A stretch of DNA of 64,000 nucleotides, taken from a virus. Its lineage: Duplodnaviria > Caudoviricetes. Shown one piece after another: positions 30,287 to 40,762 of the stretch (its first letter is position 1; each line of letters starts with the position of its first letter). The DNA lies in IMG/VR virus record IMGVR_UViG_3300046170_000323. One strand, 5' to 3'. Position numbers and translations under genes: made by a program. The notes below the pieces were generated by a model. That model did not search any database. It was not told where the DNA came from and worked only from the letters and a program-made list of their open reading frames with translations.

Positions 30287-31658
30287 TTATACTTTTAAAG
30301 GGTTTCCGCCCAACTTCAGATTATCTTCTGCAGTTTGAATCACGCCATTTTCGATGGTAGTCTCTCCACCATCCTTGTGTGGATCAACATGTCCACCGTG
30401 GTATTTATTCGTATGCAGCTTCAGACATTTCTATCTCTTTACCTTCAGGCGTCATGAAACCAGAGTTAACTGCAAGAACCATTTTGTCTTGTGTACTGTA
30501 TGTACGTTTCTTGTCTAACTTTGTTGTGACAGAATCGATGTCGAACACTTCCATGATCAGTTGGTTACGAAGGACGTTATTTGTCTTCTGTAATCCACCA
30601 ACCATCGTGCCAAATGATTTTGGATCTTTGAAATCATCGTGTTCGTAATATTGACCATTTGTTAGAAGTGTAACAACTGCAGTCATGTACTGTTGAAGGA
30701 ATGAACGATTGTCATCAATCTTCATCTTCTTGTCTTTCATTGCACAGTAGATAACAAACAAGTCAAAGACTGAGTTACGATTTGCAATTGCATATGCATC
30801 CTCAGACATCACATCTTTCATGAAGGCGTTGAATGTTGTACGGAATTTGTTGATCTGAACTTCACCATCAGAACCATCACGATAGAAGTTTTCCATATTT
30901 GTTTTGGAAATAGATTTCTTGATATCATAACAAAATAGGAATGCCAAGTTTGCAATGAACTGATCAATACCACGACGATTGATGTTGGAGTTTGAAAACC
31001 ACTTGCCTTGTGTTACAAAGTAATCACCATGTTTATCTGCAAGTTCACGTACAGTATTCGCAACTGTAGTGGTGTAAGAGTTAAGAATCTCAGGGTGCGT
31101 CAAAGGTTTACCATCGTTCACGTTACGGAACAATTCAGATAGTTCTTCACGTGTCGCATCTGTATAAACAGAGATGGTAACAATAGCTTCGTGGAATGCA
31201 TCTGCAAGTACAGGATCAAGAGTATCGTAAGTATCGTTATCTTCATCAACCGCCACAGTTGCACCTTGGATATCATACTTACCATGAACAAGACGTATCT
31301 TGTTGTTCATGAAATCTACGATAACATTGTTACGGTTGTTAGAGTCGACGTTGATATACTTGATACCACGATCTACTTTCTCTTGGAAGTATTTGATATC
31401 GCCCTTGTCGCCACGTTCAACTGCAGCTGCAAGACATTCGTCTGCGTCTGCAAAGATAAACTTGGAAGGTGCTTTACCTAAGATGACAGATCCGATATAT
31501 GCAGACTTCTGCCACCATTCCCAACGAGAATACTTGTTTGCTTGGAATGCAAGGTCTGCTTCTTGGAACTTACCGATTTGATCACGATAAGCATTCATTG
31601 TGAAGACCGCATCTTTGTAGGACATTTGACGGAAGTAATTCATAATATAATCTCTCAT
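30287..31658 (-). CDS. DUF262/ParB-like plus C-terminal HNH-like protein (GmrSD-like; indel near 30423)
   Basis: SVILGKAPS, INVDSNNR, FRNVNDGKPL; shifted C-terminus GGHVDPHKDGGETTIENGVIQTAEDNLKLG. Confidence 0.65.
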
Positions 31659-31671
31659 TAGTTACAGATAC

Positions 31672-31700
31672 AATATAATACATCTACAACGAAATGTCAA
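31672..31700 (-). promoter_or_regulatory. Sigma70-type early promoter
   Basis: GGCTTGACA-N17-TATATT with upstream A-tracts. Confidence 0.75.
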
Positions 31701-31760
31701 GCCCTTTTTTGAAATAAAAACGTTTTTTATTTGTAACGATACTGAGACCACTGAAGTTCA

Positions 31761-31982
31761 TCATATGGAACCTTCATAATGTTTCAACCATTCTAAGGTT
31801 ACATCCATGTCTGTGTTGATGTCACGATTTGTTTCTATAATAATTTTATGACCATCTTGTTTCCAAGCGTTCAACTTTTCTATCATAAACACCGCTGGTT
31901 GGGCGTCATGAATTCCATACTGTTCTTGTGCATGTTCTGCTTTAAATGCCACATCATCAAGTTGTACTTTCACTACATTCAT
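31761..31982 (-). CDS. Small HAD-phosphatase-like protein, possibly degenerate
   Basis: QP..MIEKLNAW..DGHKIIIETNR...TLEWL resembles capsule-biosynthesis phosphatases. Confidence 0.45.
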   Translation of the reverse strand: MNVVKVQLDDVAFKAEHAQEQYGIHDAQPAVFMIEKLNAWKQDGHKIIIETNRDINTDMDVTLEWLKHYEGSI

Positions 31983-32752
31983 GTAAATAAACCTTCCACA
32001 TCAAAATCTTCTACTACAGGTTCGCCCTTCTTCCAGTCGAACACATGGTTATATTTCTTATAGGGTTGTGTTGCAAAGAAGTCTTCCATGCACACCACCT
32101 CAACATTATCAAGTTGTTTGTGTAATTCTGCCATCCTTAGATAGTTCAGTTTCAACTGACCTGCAAGGTTTTCAACATATTGACTTTCTGGTTCCACATC
32201 CAACGTTCTCACTACCGCTTCATCATAGTAATCTTCTGCGACATGCATGTTCCAATGAAAATCAACCAGTCGAGGATTACCACTCTTACGACTATGTCTT
32301 AGACCATTCCTACCAAACTCACCGTTAGTTCTTAGTGCAACCCAAGACAAGACCTGCGCCTTCCAGTCACGACGATAGAGTAAGATTACCTTATCTACAG
32401 ACTTAACAATTTCTAAATCAACCTCTCCATGCGGCCAAGGTTTACGTCTCCAAGGTTCGATGACATGATCAGGCATCAACTTAAAACATGTCTGTTCCCC
32501 ATTCTTCAAGGCCTTGATATAGTCCTCACGAAATGGGCGTCCCTGTACAAAAGTAGGGATGAGGGGATTGTCTGGATCATCACGTCCCATCTCTAGTTCT
32601 TGCCAAAATGCTAAATGTCCACCATACGCCCAAGGACGTTCGTGACTGAATAATTCTCCCATGTAAGGAAGATCATATTCTTTTGATTTTAAAAGGGTGA
32701 AAGCAGTACTACCTGCACGAAAGTTCGTTAGTACACAAACTGTATTGACCAT
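31979..32752 (-). CDS. Stf0/NodH-like sulfotransferase
   Basis: NFRAGST (5'-PSB loop), GELF, FKLM, LYRRDWKAQVLSW (3'-PB). Confidence 0.7.
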   Translation of the reverse strand: MVNTVCVLTNFRAGSTAFTLLKSKEYDLPYMGELFSHERPWAYGGHLAFWQELEMGRDDPDNPLIPTFVQGRPFREDYIKALKNGEQTCFKLMPDHVIEPWRRKPWPHGEVDLEIVKSVDKVILLYRRDWKAQVLSWVALRTNGEFGRNGLRHSRKSGNPRLVDFHWNMHVAEDYYDEAVVRTLDVEPESQYVENLAGQLKLNYLRMAELHKQLDNVEVVCMEDFFATQPYKKYNHVFDWKKGEPVVEDFDVEGLFT

Positions 32753-32762
32753 CTCAACTCCA

Positions 32763-33869
32763 TTATCTGATAATATCGATATTACTATCTTCAGTCCAAA
32801 TTTCCAGATCGTTTCTTAGACGATCCTCTTCGTTTAGTTTATTGTATCTTTTGGTTGCGAGTTTACGCCACCATTCGATCACATTTTTCTGATAGTATTT
32901 ATCCCAGTTTGGAGCCTTAACAATTTGATCAGTCTTACCGTTTACAATGTCAACAAAGTTTTCTACACCGTAGTTTGAGACATAGTAACGTTTCTGTTCT
33001 GTCAATGCCTTGGCATCTTCAATAGTTTTCTTGAACCTGTTGAGTTCATCACCTTTCAGTGATTTCTTTATCAAACCAATAATCGCATTTGTATATTTCA
33101 ACTTACGACTTGAAGCACCCTCTTTTACAAGCACACCTCTACCAACAATGTTTTCCACATATGCAACTAAATCCAAGAATGGTTTACCATGCATCATAGG
33201 AATGAAGTCTGACATTGTGTTACCTTTGTAACGCAGTAATGGTTTCATACCATCGTACATCGACGCACCTTTTGTATTTCCATACAAGGATGTGGTCTCG
33301 AACATTACGAGGTTCATACCGTATTTCTTGTTGAGTTTTTCTCTGACTTCGTGTGAACAACACAATGATGCCAGTAGTTTACCACCAAGGTAGTTGTAAC
33401 CAAATGGTTGACATGGGACAATAACAAATCCCATAATCGCAGTTCTGTTAAACGTAGACAGTTCTGGTACGTTACCAAGGAGTTGATTGCGAGGCGCACA
33501 GTTGATCACTGGCGAACCAAATCGCATGAACCCCACAAACTGTCCAGTGTTTTTCTCACGCACTGCCAGTTTAAGGGCCTTGCCTGGGATTGAAACCATA
33601 TTACTATGACTACTAATCATATTCAAACAGGTATCCCAAGTCATATTGTCAAGTTCGATGACCTCTAGATCCATGTCCTGTGGGGAAATGGAGAAGTCAT
33701 CAAACATGTCTGTATCAAAACCAAAGCCAGGCAAAGTTTGAGGTAGTGAACGAATCTGTGCCATCTTCTGATCACGCATGTATTCATCAATTCTATCGAA
33801 CTGACCGAAGTAATTATTGAAGATGTTTGCACAGTGCAATGCCTGATCATTGTTTAGATTGTTAGTCAA
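32763..33869 (-). CDS. DUF4338 (DruA-like) domain protein
   Basis: MRFGSP, VPCQPFGYNYLGGKLLA, FETTSLYG...SMYDG. Confidence 0.6.
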   Translation of the reverse strand: MTNNLNNDQALHCANIFNNYFGQFDRIDEYMRDQKMAQIRSLPQTLPGFGFDTDMFDDFSISPQDMDLEVIELDNMTWDTCLNMISSHSNMVSIPGKALKLAVREKNTGQFVGFMRFGSPVINCAPRNQLLGNVPELSTFNRTAIMGFVIVPCQPFGYNYLGGKLLASLCCSHEVREKLNKKYGMNLVMFETTSLYGNTKGASMYDGMKPLLRYKGNTMSDFIPMMHGKPFLDLVAYVENIVGRGVLVKEGASSRKLKYTNAIIGLIKKSLKGDELNRFKKTIEDAKALTEQKRYYVSNYGVENFVDIVNGKTDQIVKAPNWDKYYQKNVIEWWRKLATKRYNKLNEEDRLRNDLEIWTEDSNIDIIR

Positions 33870-34122
33870 GAGTCAAGTTGCTCCATTTTTTAAGTTTCTC
33901 ACGTTTTGCGTCTGCACATGCATCCACATTATTCCAACTAATCAAATCCCATTCGTGTAGTAAGTTCAACATACACATAAGATCACCGACTTCTGACTCC
34001 AACTTCTGATTGTTGTCATATCCAAATCGGATCATCTTTGCAGCTTCGATTGCAACCTCTGAACATTCTTCCATAAGAATAACCATCAGTTCATCACGCT
34101 CTGAAATTTTATCATTACCCAT
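33862..34122 (-). CDS. MazG-like nucleotide pyrophosphohydrolase
   Basis: LMEECSEV...LESEVGDL. Confidence 0.8.
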   Translation of the reverse strand: MGNDKISERDELMVILMEECSEVAIEAAKMIRFGYDNNQKLESEVGDLMCMLNLLHEWDLISWNNVDACADAKREKLKKWSNLTLD

Positions 34123-34126
34123 TATA

Positions 34127-34492
34127 TCACTCCCCTAAGAATTTGTCAAGCCTTGGTGGTTCCCACCCTTCTGGTTTTAGAACTTTTCCATCTTCACGTT
34201 TGCGAACCTTACCAGTATCTGGATCAATCTTCGCAAAATTTGTTTTCATAACTTCATCCCATGCACCTTGTCCATCCATACCAGCTGCACGAATTGCACC
34301 AATAGTTACAACAAGAATGTCAATCAGTGCATCTAGTTGTTCAACCCTATCGTTTAACATCACTGCGTCTTTAAGTTCACCGAATTCTTCTTCGATTAGA
34401 TCAAGATACAGTGCATAGTTTTCTGGTGACGGTTCTTGGTCACACGCATTACCAAACTTATTGATATCATCAAACAGTGACATTATATACAC
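34127..34492 (-). CDS. PRA-PH/MazG-like NTP pyrophosphatase
   Basis: LIEEEFGEL, DALIDILVV, EVMKTNFAK, DGKVLKP. Confidence 0.88.
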   Translation of the reverse strand: MYIMSLFDDINKFGNACDQEPSPENYALYLDLIEEEFGELKDAVMLNDRVEQLDALIDILVVTIGAIRAAGMDGQGAWDEVMKTNFAKIDPDTGKVRKREDGKVLKPEGWEPPRLDKFLGE

Positions 34493-34763
34493 CTTTCGTT
34501 GTCATGATATATTGTGAGTTAACCGAACGAAGTCGATCCTTACGGAAACTGCGCCAACCATTGGACTCAACATCCCAAACGACAACGACTTCCTCACTCT
34601 TTTTGCGATTACGATTGATCTCTTCATCAGTTGCCACTGGTGTTGGAAGAACGGACGGATCCAGTGTCGCTTTCATCTGGCGTACAGTACCATCTGCTTT
34701 CACAAATTCAATATCAACAACTTCAGTTGCAAGTTGTTCCTTTAGTAAGTCAAAATCATACAT
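34470..34763 (-). CDS. DUF2693/WYL_2 Sm-like domain protein
   Basis: IEFVKADGTVRQMKATL...VWDVESNGWRSFR. Confidence 0.85.
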   Translation of the reverse strand: MYDFDLLKEQLATEVVDIEFVKADGTVRQMKATLDPSVLPTPVATDEEINRNRKKSEEVVVVWDVESNGWRSFRKDRLRSVNSQYIMTTKGVYNVTV

Positions 34764-34936
34764 TGACAGGTCTCCTTCAAAGTTGTTATCATATCTTTAA
34801 TTCTAAGTTTTTCTTTCTTTGCCTTACTGATGTGTTGATCTGGTGCTTTCTCAGCAATCAACGCTTCTACGATGGCATGTTGATGTTTGTGTGCATCTTC
34901 AAGATGTTTCAGTCGGCGTTCTATCTTATCGGTCAT
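34742..34936 (-). CDS. DUF465 (YdcH-like) small protein
   Basis: LKHLEDAH...KKEKLRIKD. Confidence 0.75.
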   Translation of the reverse strand: MTDKIERRLKHLEDAHKHQHAIVEALIAEKAPDQHISKAKKEKLRIKDMITTLKETCQCMILTY

Positions 34937-37470
34937 ACAAAGAAATCCTCTAATGTGTTTACTTTTTCTGGTGCCCACCCGAGCGCCTCTAAGATTGGTT
35001 CGATAGGGCCAAGAAAGACCTTCTCGAACTGTTTCTGGTAATCGATGTAATCATCCAGTCCGAACTCTTTTGGTAGGACGCCTGGGAATGAGATCATGTT
35101 CTCTTTCACAGGGTTTGGTTGTTTGAGATATAGGAACTTGATCTTGTCACCAGACTGAATCCCTTCAAACTTCTTGTCCAACTTCTTAGTCTTCAGAAAC
35201 TGATTGAAGAGAATACACCCACGAACATGCATAGGACAACCCTTCTTGTATCCACCCCTCTCCATGTACTTCTCAATGTTGTCAGTACCAGAGTTCTTGG
35301 CGATATCTTCTGGGGGTAGAGACGTGAACTCGTCTTTGAACTTTGCAATAAATTCTTGTGTGTCTTCTTCAGTACCTTCCATAATAACTTTGAAAGCGTC
35401 CTTGAGTTTATCACGACAGATCTGAGGAGTAGATGACCGTACGGATTCCAGACCAGTAACACTGATCTTGGGAGTTTCGTAGTGGACACCCTCAGAGTTC
35501 AGTGTATTCATAATGTAACGTTTCTTCGCAATAAACACTGACTTGTCTGTGATCTTCTCACGTTTCATGAACATCGCTTGACGGTATGCACCCATCTTCT
35601 TAGCGAGTTCCTCATATCCTTTCTCAAGGACGCCTTCAATCTTTGTACCACACACCTGATCAAGGAACTTCTCGCCTTGTTCTCTTGTAATGTCAACAGT
35701 CCCGAATACTTCTTCGATCAGTGGGCCAAAGTTTACATAGATGGAGTCAGTATCGATATACACGATATAGTCTTCACCTTCTGTCTTCAATAGTTTGTTC
35801 AAGTACCCATTCACAGACTTCTGTGCATAACGAATGGACAATTGACCAGAAGTGGTAATTGCCTCTGCGAATTCCATAATGTAATACAGGAAGTAGATGT
35901 TCGCAGTCGCACCATACAATGAGTTCATAGAAATCTTGATAGACATCTGTGCATTGTGAAGTTGGGTTGCCTTGGATTTTAGTTTTGCTTTCTTACGTGG
36001 ATCTGTCTCGTCTTCCAGAGCCTGTTCCACCTTCAACATCTCTTTCTTAATCAGAGAACGTTTGTTGTAGTACTCGTCAATGATATCTGGAATGATACCA
36101 CGTCTCTCATTTGAGAAACATACACCGTTTGCAGCGACTGACACAGTCTTATCATTGTTTTGATAGTTGTCTTCCAGAACCATCTCCTGAGAGATAGATT
36201 CGAGACGTTGAGGAATGTATGTCTCTGGTGACATGTTGTATTGCAACATGAGGTGTGGGTACAGAGAGTTCAAGTCAAAGGACACCACCCAAGGATGCAT
36301 CCCGACTTTAGGATCTTTCACGTAACCACCAACCAGTTCATCACCACGTTGGCCAGGCCCGTGTTTGAGTGGGGGAACAATATTGTCTTTGATCAGACGA
36401 CGATAGATAGTGGTCTCCCAATATCCCACCGTACCAAATGCATCACGACAGTTCACACCACCAGTGTACGCAAGAGTCATAACCAATGACATCAACGCTA
36501 CCTCGTCTTCAAGACGTTGAATCAACCAAGTGTCTTTGAGGTTATAGTCCAAGTAGAGTTGAGGGTTCTGTTCATAAAGAGTAGTAAGGTTACCGTACTC
36601 AGAGTAGTCAAGTTTCTTCTCACCCAACACAACGTGTGCAATGTGATCCAACTTGTATGTCTCTTGTGTACCGTACTTGTACGCAAACTTCTTGAACGTA
36701 TCAAGATAGTCAACGACACTGATACCAGATATCATGTAGGTGTATTGAGTCTTACCGAACATGTTAGCGGTGTGTTGTTTGAGGGATCTCCAAGGAGAAA
36801 GTTCTTTCGCCTTCTCTTCACCAAACAAACGGATGATACGAGTGACGAGATATTGCACGTCAAAGAACTCTACGTTCCAACCAGTAACGATGTCGGGGAA
36901 GTCATTCGCCCAGATCTTGATGAAACGGAGTAAGAGTGCATGTTCTGTATCGAACTTCATGAACGCAATGTCATCTGGATCGATCTCAGTTGTAGTAGCG
37001 TATTTGTCGAAGTCCTTACGTCCTAGTAGATGATAGGTGTTGGACTTGGAAGACTTGTATGCGATAGAGGTAATCTCTTTGTCTGCAGTCTCAATGTTAG
37101 CGTAACCATCAGAGATGTCAACCTCAATATCAAACGAACAGATGTTGATCTGATCCATGTCATACTTGATGTCGTTGGGGTAATTCTCTTGGATGAACTG
37201 TGCAACGTAACTCTGAGTACCACAGATACCAAAGTTAGAAACATCCCTGTAGTCTTCGATGAATTGTTTTGCCTCTGACATAGAGTCAAACTGTTTACGA
37301 TGAAGTGGGTTGTTACCATGCAGAGAACGGAACTCTCCACCAGACTTCTGAGTCTGTAAGAATAGAGAGGGTTTGAAGTCAACTTTGCGAGAGAACCGTT
37401 TACCGTTCTTGTAGCCTCGGTGAAGGATCTTGTTACCGTATCGTTCAACCGATGTGTAGAACTCTGCCAC
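34933..37470 (-). CDS. gp43: DNA polymerase (family B)
   Basis: FDIEV exonuclease, SFDLNSLYP, KISMNSLYG, YIDTDSIY; no intron or intein evident. Confidence 0.99.
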   Translation of the reverse strand: MAEFYTSVERYGNKILHRGYKNGKRFSRKVDFKPSLFLQTQKSGGEFRSLHGNNPLHRKQFDSMSEAKQFIEDYRDVSNFGICGTQSYVAQFIQENYPNDIKYDMDQINICSFDIEVDISDGYANIETADKEITSIAYKSSKSNTYHLLGRKDFDKYATTTEIDPDDIAFMKFDTEHALLLRFIKIWANDFPDIVTGWNVEFFDVQYLVTRIIRLFGEEKAKELSPWRSLKQHTANMFGKTQYTYMISGISVVDYLDTFKKFAYKYGTQETYKLDHIAHVVLGEKKLDYSEYGNLTTLYEQNPQLYLDYNLKDTWLIQRLEDEVALMSLVMTLAYTGGVNCRDAFGTVGYWETTIYRRLIKDNIVPPLKHGPGQRGDELVGGYVKDPKVGMHPWVVSFDLNSLYPHLMLQYNMSPETYIPQRLESISQEMVLEDNYQNNDKTVSVAANGVCFSNERRGIIPDIIDEYYNKRSLIKKEMLKVEQALEDETDPRKKAKLKSKATQLHNAQMSIKISMNSLYGATANIYFLYYIMEFAEAITTSGQLSIRYAQKSVNGYLNKLLKTEGEDYIVYIDTDSIYVNFGPLIEEVFGTVDITREQGEKFLDQVCGTKIEGVLEKGYEELAKKMGAYRQAMFMKREKITDKSVFIAKKRYIMNTLNSEGVHYETPKISVTGLESVRSSTPQICRDKLKDAFKVIMEGTEEDTQEFIAKFKDEFTSLPPEDIAKNSGTDNIEKYMERGGYKKGCPMHVRGCILFNQFLKTKKLDKKFEGIQSGDKIKFLYLKQPNPVKENMISFPGVLPKEFGLDDYIDYQKQFEKVFLGPIEPILEALGWAPEKVNTLEDFFV

Positions 37471-37754
37471 TATACTTGTTCTCCCATGTTCTGTGTAATT
37501 TCTGTCATCTTAAGAAGTATATCAGAAACTTCGTTCTCTGTCAAGAACCCTTTTACACTATCATAATCTTCAGTCACCCCATCCAATGGGGTCTGTTCGC
37601 CGTGTTTAAACACTGCAATCTCATAGAGTCCACTCATTGTGCCATAGGAAACGGAGTTGCGAACAATGGAAAGTTCGTACTCACCGAAGTTTACTACTGA
37701 CTGAATGCCTTTTGGGATGTTTGTGTTTTGAAATTCTAGATCACTGAATTGCAT
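37470..37754 (-). CDS. Hypothetical protein
   Basis: NFGEYELSIV...GLYEIAV...GFLTENEV. Confidence 0.75.
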   Translation of the reverse strand: MQFSDLEFQNTNIPKGIQSVVNFGEYELSIVRNSVSYGTMSGLYEIAVFKHGEQTPLDGVTEDYDSVKGFLTENEVSDILLKMTEITQNMGEQV

Positions 37755-37798
37755 AGTATAGTCCTATAATTTTTCACTTAGGATACATTATACAACTT

Positions 37799-37993
37799 TT
37801 ATGGTTGGTTGTCAACCTCTTTCTTCAGTTTATTTTCCCACGCTTCTTCGAAACCATCTAGGTGGTAAACTGTTTCGTGGTTACCCCACATTCTTCTGAA
37901 GTAACCATCATAACAATCGAACACCGTTTTTTCGTCAGCACCTAAATGGCCCTTGACTATCCAAAACATCCGATAGGCTTCTTTTCGTGTCAT
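37799..37993 (-). CDS. Hypothetical protein
   Basis: 64-aa ORF overlapping the gp46 stop. Confidence 0.7.
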   Translation of the reverse strand: MTRKEAYRMFWIVKGHLGADEKTVFDCYDGYFRRMWGNHETVYHLDGFEEAWENKLKKEVDNQP

Positions 37994-39699
37994 GCAATCT
38001 CACTGAAGTTCTTTACCTTGTCAAATTTGATGTGTGATGTGAACTTCTCTGCAAACTGATCACCACGGTGTGAGATCACAAAGATGTTGTCGTCTGTGTT
38101 TAGATTATGTAATGTTTCGATTAAGTTCTCAATACCCGAACCATCCAACGCACCGTCAAGTGTTTCATCTAACAACAATAAGTTGGTACTGACACTGTTA
38201 CGCAGTTTTGCAACAGAACGCCATGCCAACATGATAGACAATGTGATGCGGAGTTTCTCACCCTCAGAGAATGAGGCGTAAGAGAATGCATCACGAAACC
38301 TTGATTTGATAACTTCATTAAAGTTTTCGTCGAGTTGGAAGTCCACGAATAGATCAAACGCTCCAAGGTATTTATTGATTAGTTTGTTCATTACAGGAAT
38401 GTATTGAGAAATAATTCTCGCTTTAATACCACCGTCCTTTAATATAGTCGAAAGGACACCTAGAACAGACTGATGATCAAGTAACTCTTTGCGTTCTTCT
38501 GTGTAGACAGATAATTCGTTTTGAAAAGATTCTAACTTAGAAGTGTCAACTTCTTCGACAAGTTGTTCCGCAGCATCCAGTTCATTCTTGTATGACAACA
38601 ATGCATTCTTTGCAATCTTAATCTCACCACGAAGTTCTGAGATACCCAAAGTCTGGTTCTGGATGTCTTCTTCTACTTCGCTGATTTCTGCAATTCTGGT
38701 TTCGTATCCTGAGATCTTTCCATCGATTTCAACCATACCCGCTTCAATTTGGATTTTCTTGTCTTCTTTTTCTTTGATAACTGAGTCTTTAAAGTCATGT
38801 TCAATTCCCTGTTTGCATGTAGGACAACTATCATTGTCATGATAAAATTTTAGATCTTTCAAGAAGTTGCGCAAGTTTGTATTCATATCCTTACGAATAT
38901 CAGATGCAGTAGCATACTTGTTTGTAACATTCTTCTTGTCAGAGATGGTTGTGTAGAGATTTTCGATGGACTCTTGAATGCCATCAATCTCTGTTTTGCA
39001 ACCTTCTATCTTGTCGAGATGAACCTGCATACGTTCACGGATCTTCTCTACCTCAGTCTCACGTATTTTGCGAATACTGTCGTTGTGTTCCTGTGCACTC
39101 TCAATACGTTGTTTGACCATTTCTGTATTATAGTCATTGTCTGTAAGAGATTGACGATTGTCAGAAATACGATCCTTCGCAAGAAGATTCATAGTACTGA
39201 ACACTTGAATATCAAGTAGATCTTCAATGATGTCACGTCTTGTGCTTGCAGGGAGTTCCATAAAAGGAACATAGGTTGCACTACCAAGGACTACGATCTG
39301 ATTGAAAGACTTGTAGTTAATACCCAGAATAAATTCTTCTAGATATGACTGATAGTCTTTTACAGCCGCAGATTGATCAACGAGTTGACCGTCCTTGATT
39401 ATTTCAAATAGGTTTGGTTTGATTCCACGACGAATGGTATATGAACTACCGCCCACACTGAAATCAATTTCTACCAACAAATCTTTTTTGTTGATACTGT
39501 TAAGCAACTGTCCTTTATTGATCTTACGAAAAGGTTTACCATATAACCCAAATGTCAGTGCGTCCAGTAAGGTAGATTTACCACTACCGTTTGAACCACT
39601 GATTAGAGTTGTAGGTTTTCTATCTAGATCAATTTTTGTGAATAGGTTGCCAGTTGAAAGTATGTTCTTATAGCGAACTTGCTTAAACTGTATTCTCAT
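37990..39699 (-). CDS. gp46: Recombination endonuclease ATPase subunit (SbcC/Rad50-like)
   Basis: GSNGSGKST, CPTC hook, FSEGEK, LLDETLD, ISH. Confidence 0.97.
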   Translation of the reverse strand: MRIQFKQVRYKNILSTGNLFTKIDLDRKPTTLISGSNGSGKSTLLDALTFGLYGKPFRKINKGQLLNSINKKDLLVEIDFSVGGSSYTIRRGIKPNLFEIIKDGQLVDQSAAVKDYQSYLEEFILGINYKSFNQIVVLGSATYVPFMELPASTRRDIIEDLLDIQVFSTMNLLAKDRISDNRQSLTDNDYNTEMVKQRIESAQEHNDSIRKIRETEVEKIRERMQVHLDKIEGCKTEIDGIQESIENLYTTISDKKNVTNKYATASDIRKDMNTNLRNFLKDLKFYHDNDSCPTCKQGIEHDFKDSVIKEKEDKKIQIEAGMVEIDGKISGYETRIAEISEVEEDIQNQTLGISELRGEIKIAKNALLSYKNELDAAEQLVEEVDTSKLESFQNELSVYTEERKELLDHQSVLGVLSTILKDGGIKARIISQYIPVMNKLINKYLGAFDLFVDFQLDENFNEVIKSRFRDAFSYASFSEGEKLRITLSIMLAWRSVAKLRNSVSTNLLLLDETLDGALDGSGIENLIETLHNLNTDDNIFVISHRGDQFAEKFTSHIKFDKVKNFSEIA

Positions 39700-40762
39700 C
39701 CAAGATTCATAGCCTCAATATATAATTCATTCACCAACGTCTTCACCTTTTGTTTGTCGACTTTCGTATCCAGTCCATCGATATACTGATGCAAGATTTC
39801 TTTGGTATCTTTGGTCTCATCCATAATTTCTTCTGCGCCGACACTTTCTAAGTTCATTGCATCGTCAATTGACTTGATGTCAACTGCGCCACTCTCTGAC
39901 AACTTGTTCATGAACAGATCGTACAGATAGTGGTTAGTCCGATTTTTTCACAATGACTTTGACATATGCATTTTCCTAAAGCACTAGTATCAAGGTCTTG
40001 AATCTGATCGACAGTCAAGTCTTCGTCATCGTAATCAATCTTATGGAACATTCTATACGGATTTGCCACCTTTGTCAAGTCTTTTGTTTCAGTGTCAAAA
40101 ATATGGAATCCACGGTCACCATTATGATCAGACCATGTCATCTCATAAGGCGCACCAAGATACTTGATATTTGAATGTTGTGAGGGGTGGTGGAAATGTC
40201 CAGACCAGACATGTTCAAAGTTAGAGAATCGTTTCATCTCTAAACCATGTGTACATACGTGTCCACGCATCATCTCGAAACCTTTGACTTCAAGGTGACC
40301 ACATAGAACATCTGCATCTGACATATCAATAGACGCCATAACTGAGTCGTAGTTCGACTTGGTAATCCAAGGAACCATAAGGAACTTCGTAGAACCTTTG
40401 GTCAACTCAACAGCATCATGTTGGTACAGAGTAAAATTACTATACTCTTGCAACAACAGGTTCATACTGTTTACGTCATTTGTATTTGTGTAGTACGTTG
40501 TGTGGTTACCCACCAAAGCATGATATTCGATATTTCGTTTTGCAAGTTCATCGAAAAAGAACTCCTTACCTCTCTTGAGGCTTTGATAATTGATGTACTT
40601 CCGCCGATCAAATGTATCTCCTAGATCAAATACGGTTGTGATGTCGTTATTGTCTAGGTAGGGGAAGAAAACGTTTTTAAAAAATGTTTCCTGATGATCA
40701 AGAAATACTTGACTATCCCCTCGCACACCAATGTGCATATCTGTAATTATTGCTATCTTCAT
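39696..40762 (-). CDS. gp47: Recombination endonuclease nuclease subunit (SbcD/Mre11-like; indels near 39950-39980)
   Basis: TDMH, LGDTFDRRK, VGNH, GHLE, SGHFH. Confidence 0.95.

Noticed and set aside
34933-37470. Intron or intein in DNA polymerase
   Set aside because: Continuous 845-aa ORF with all family-B motifs at ordinary spacing.
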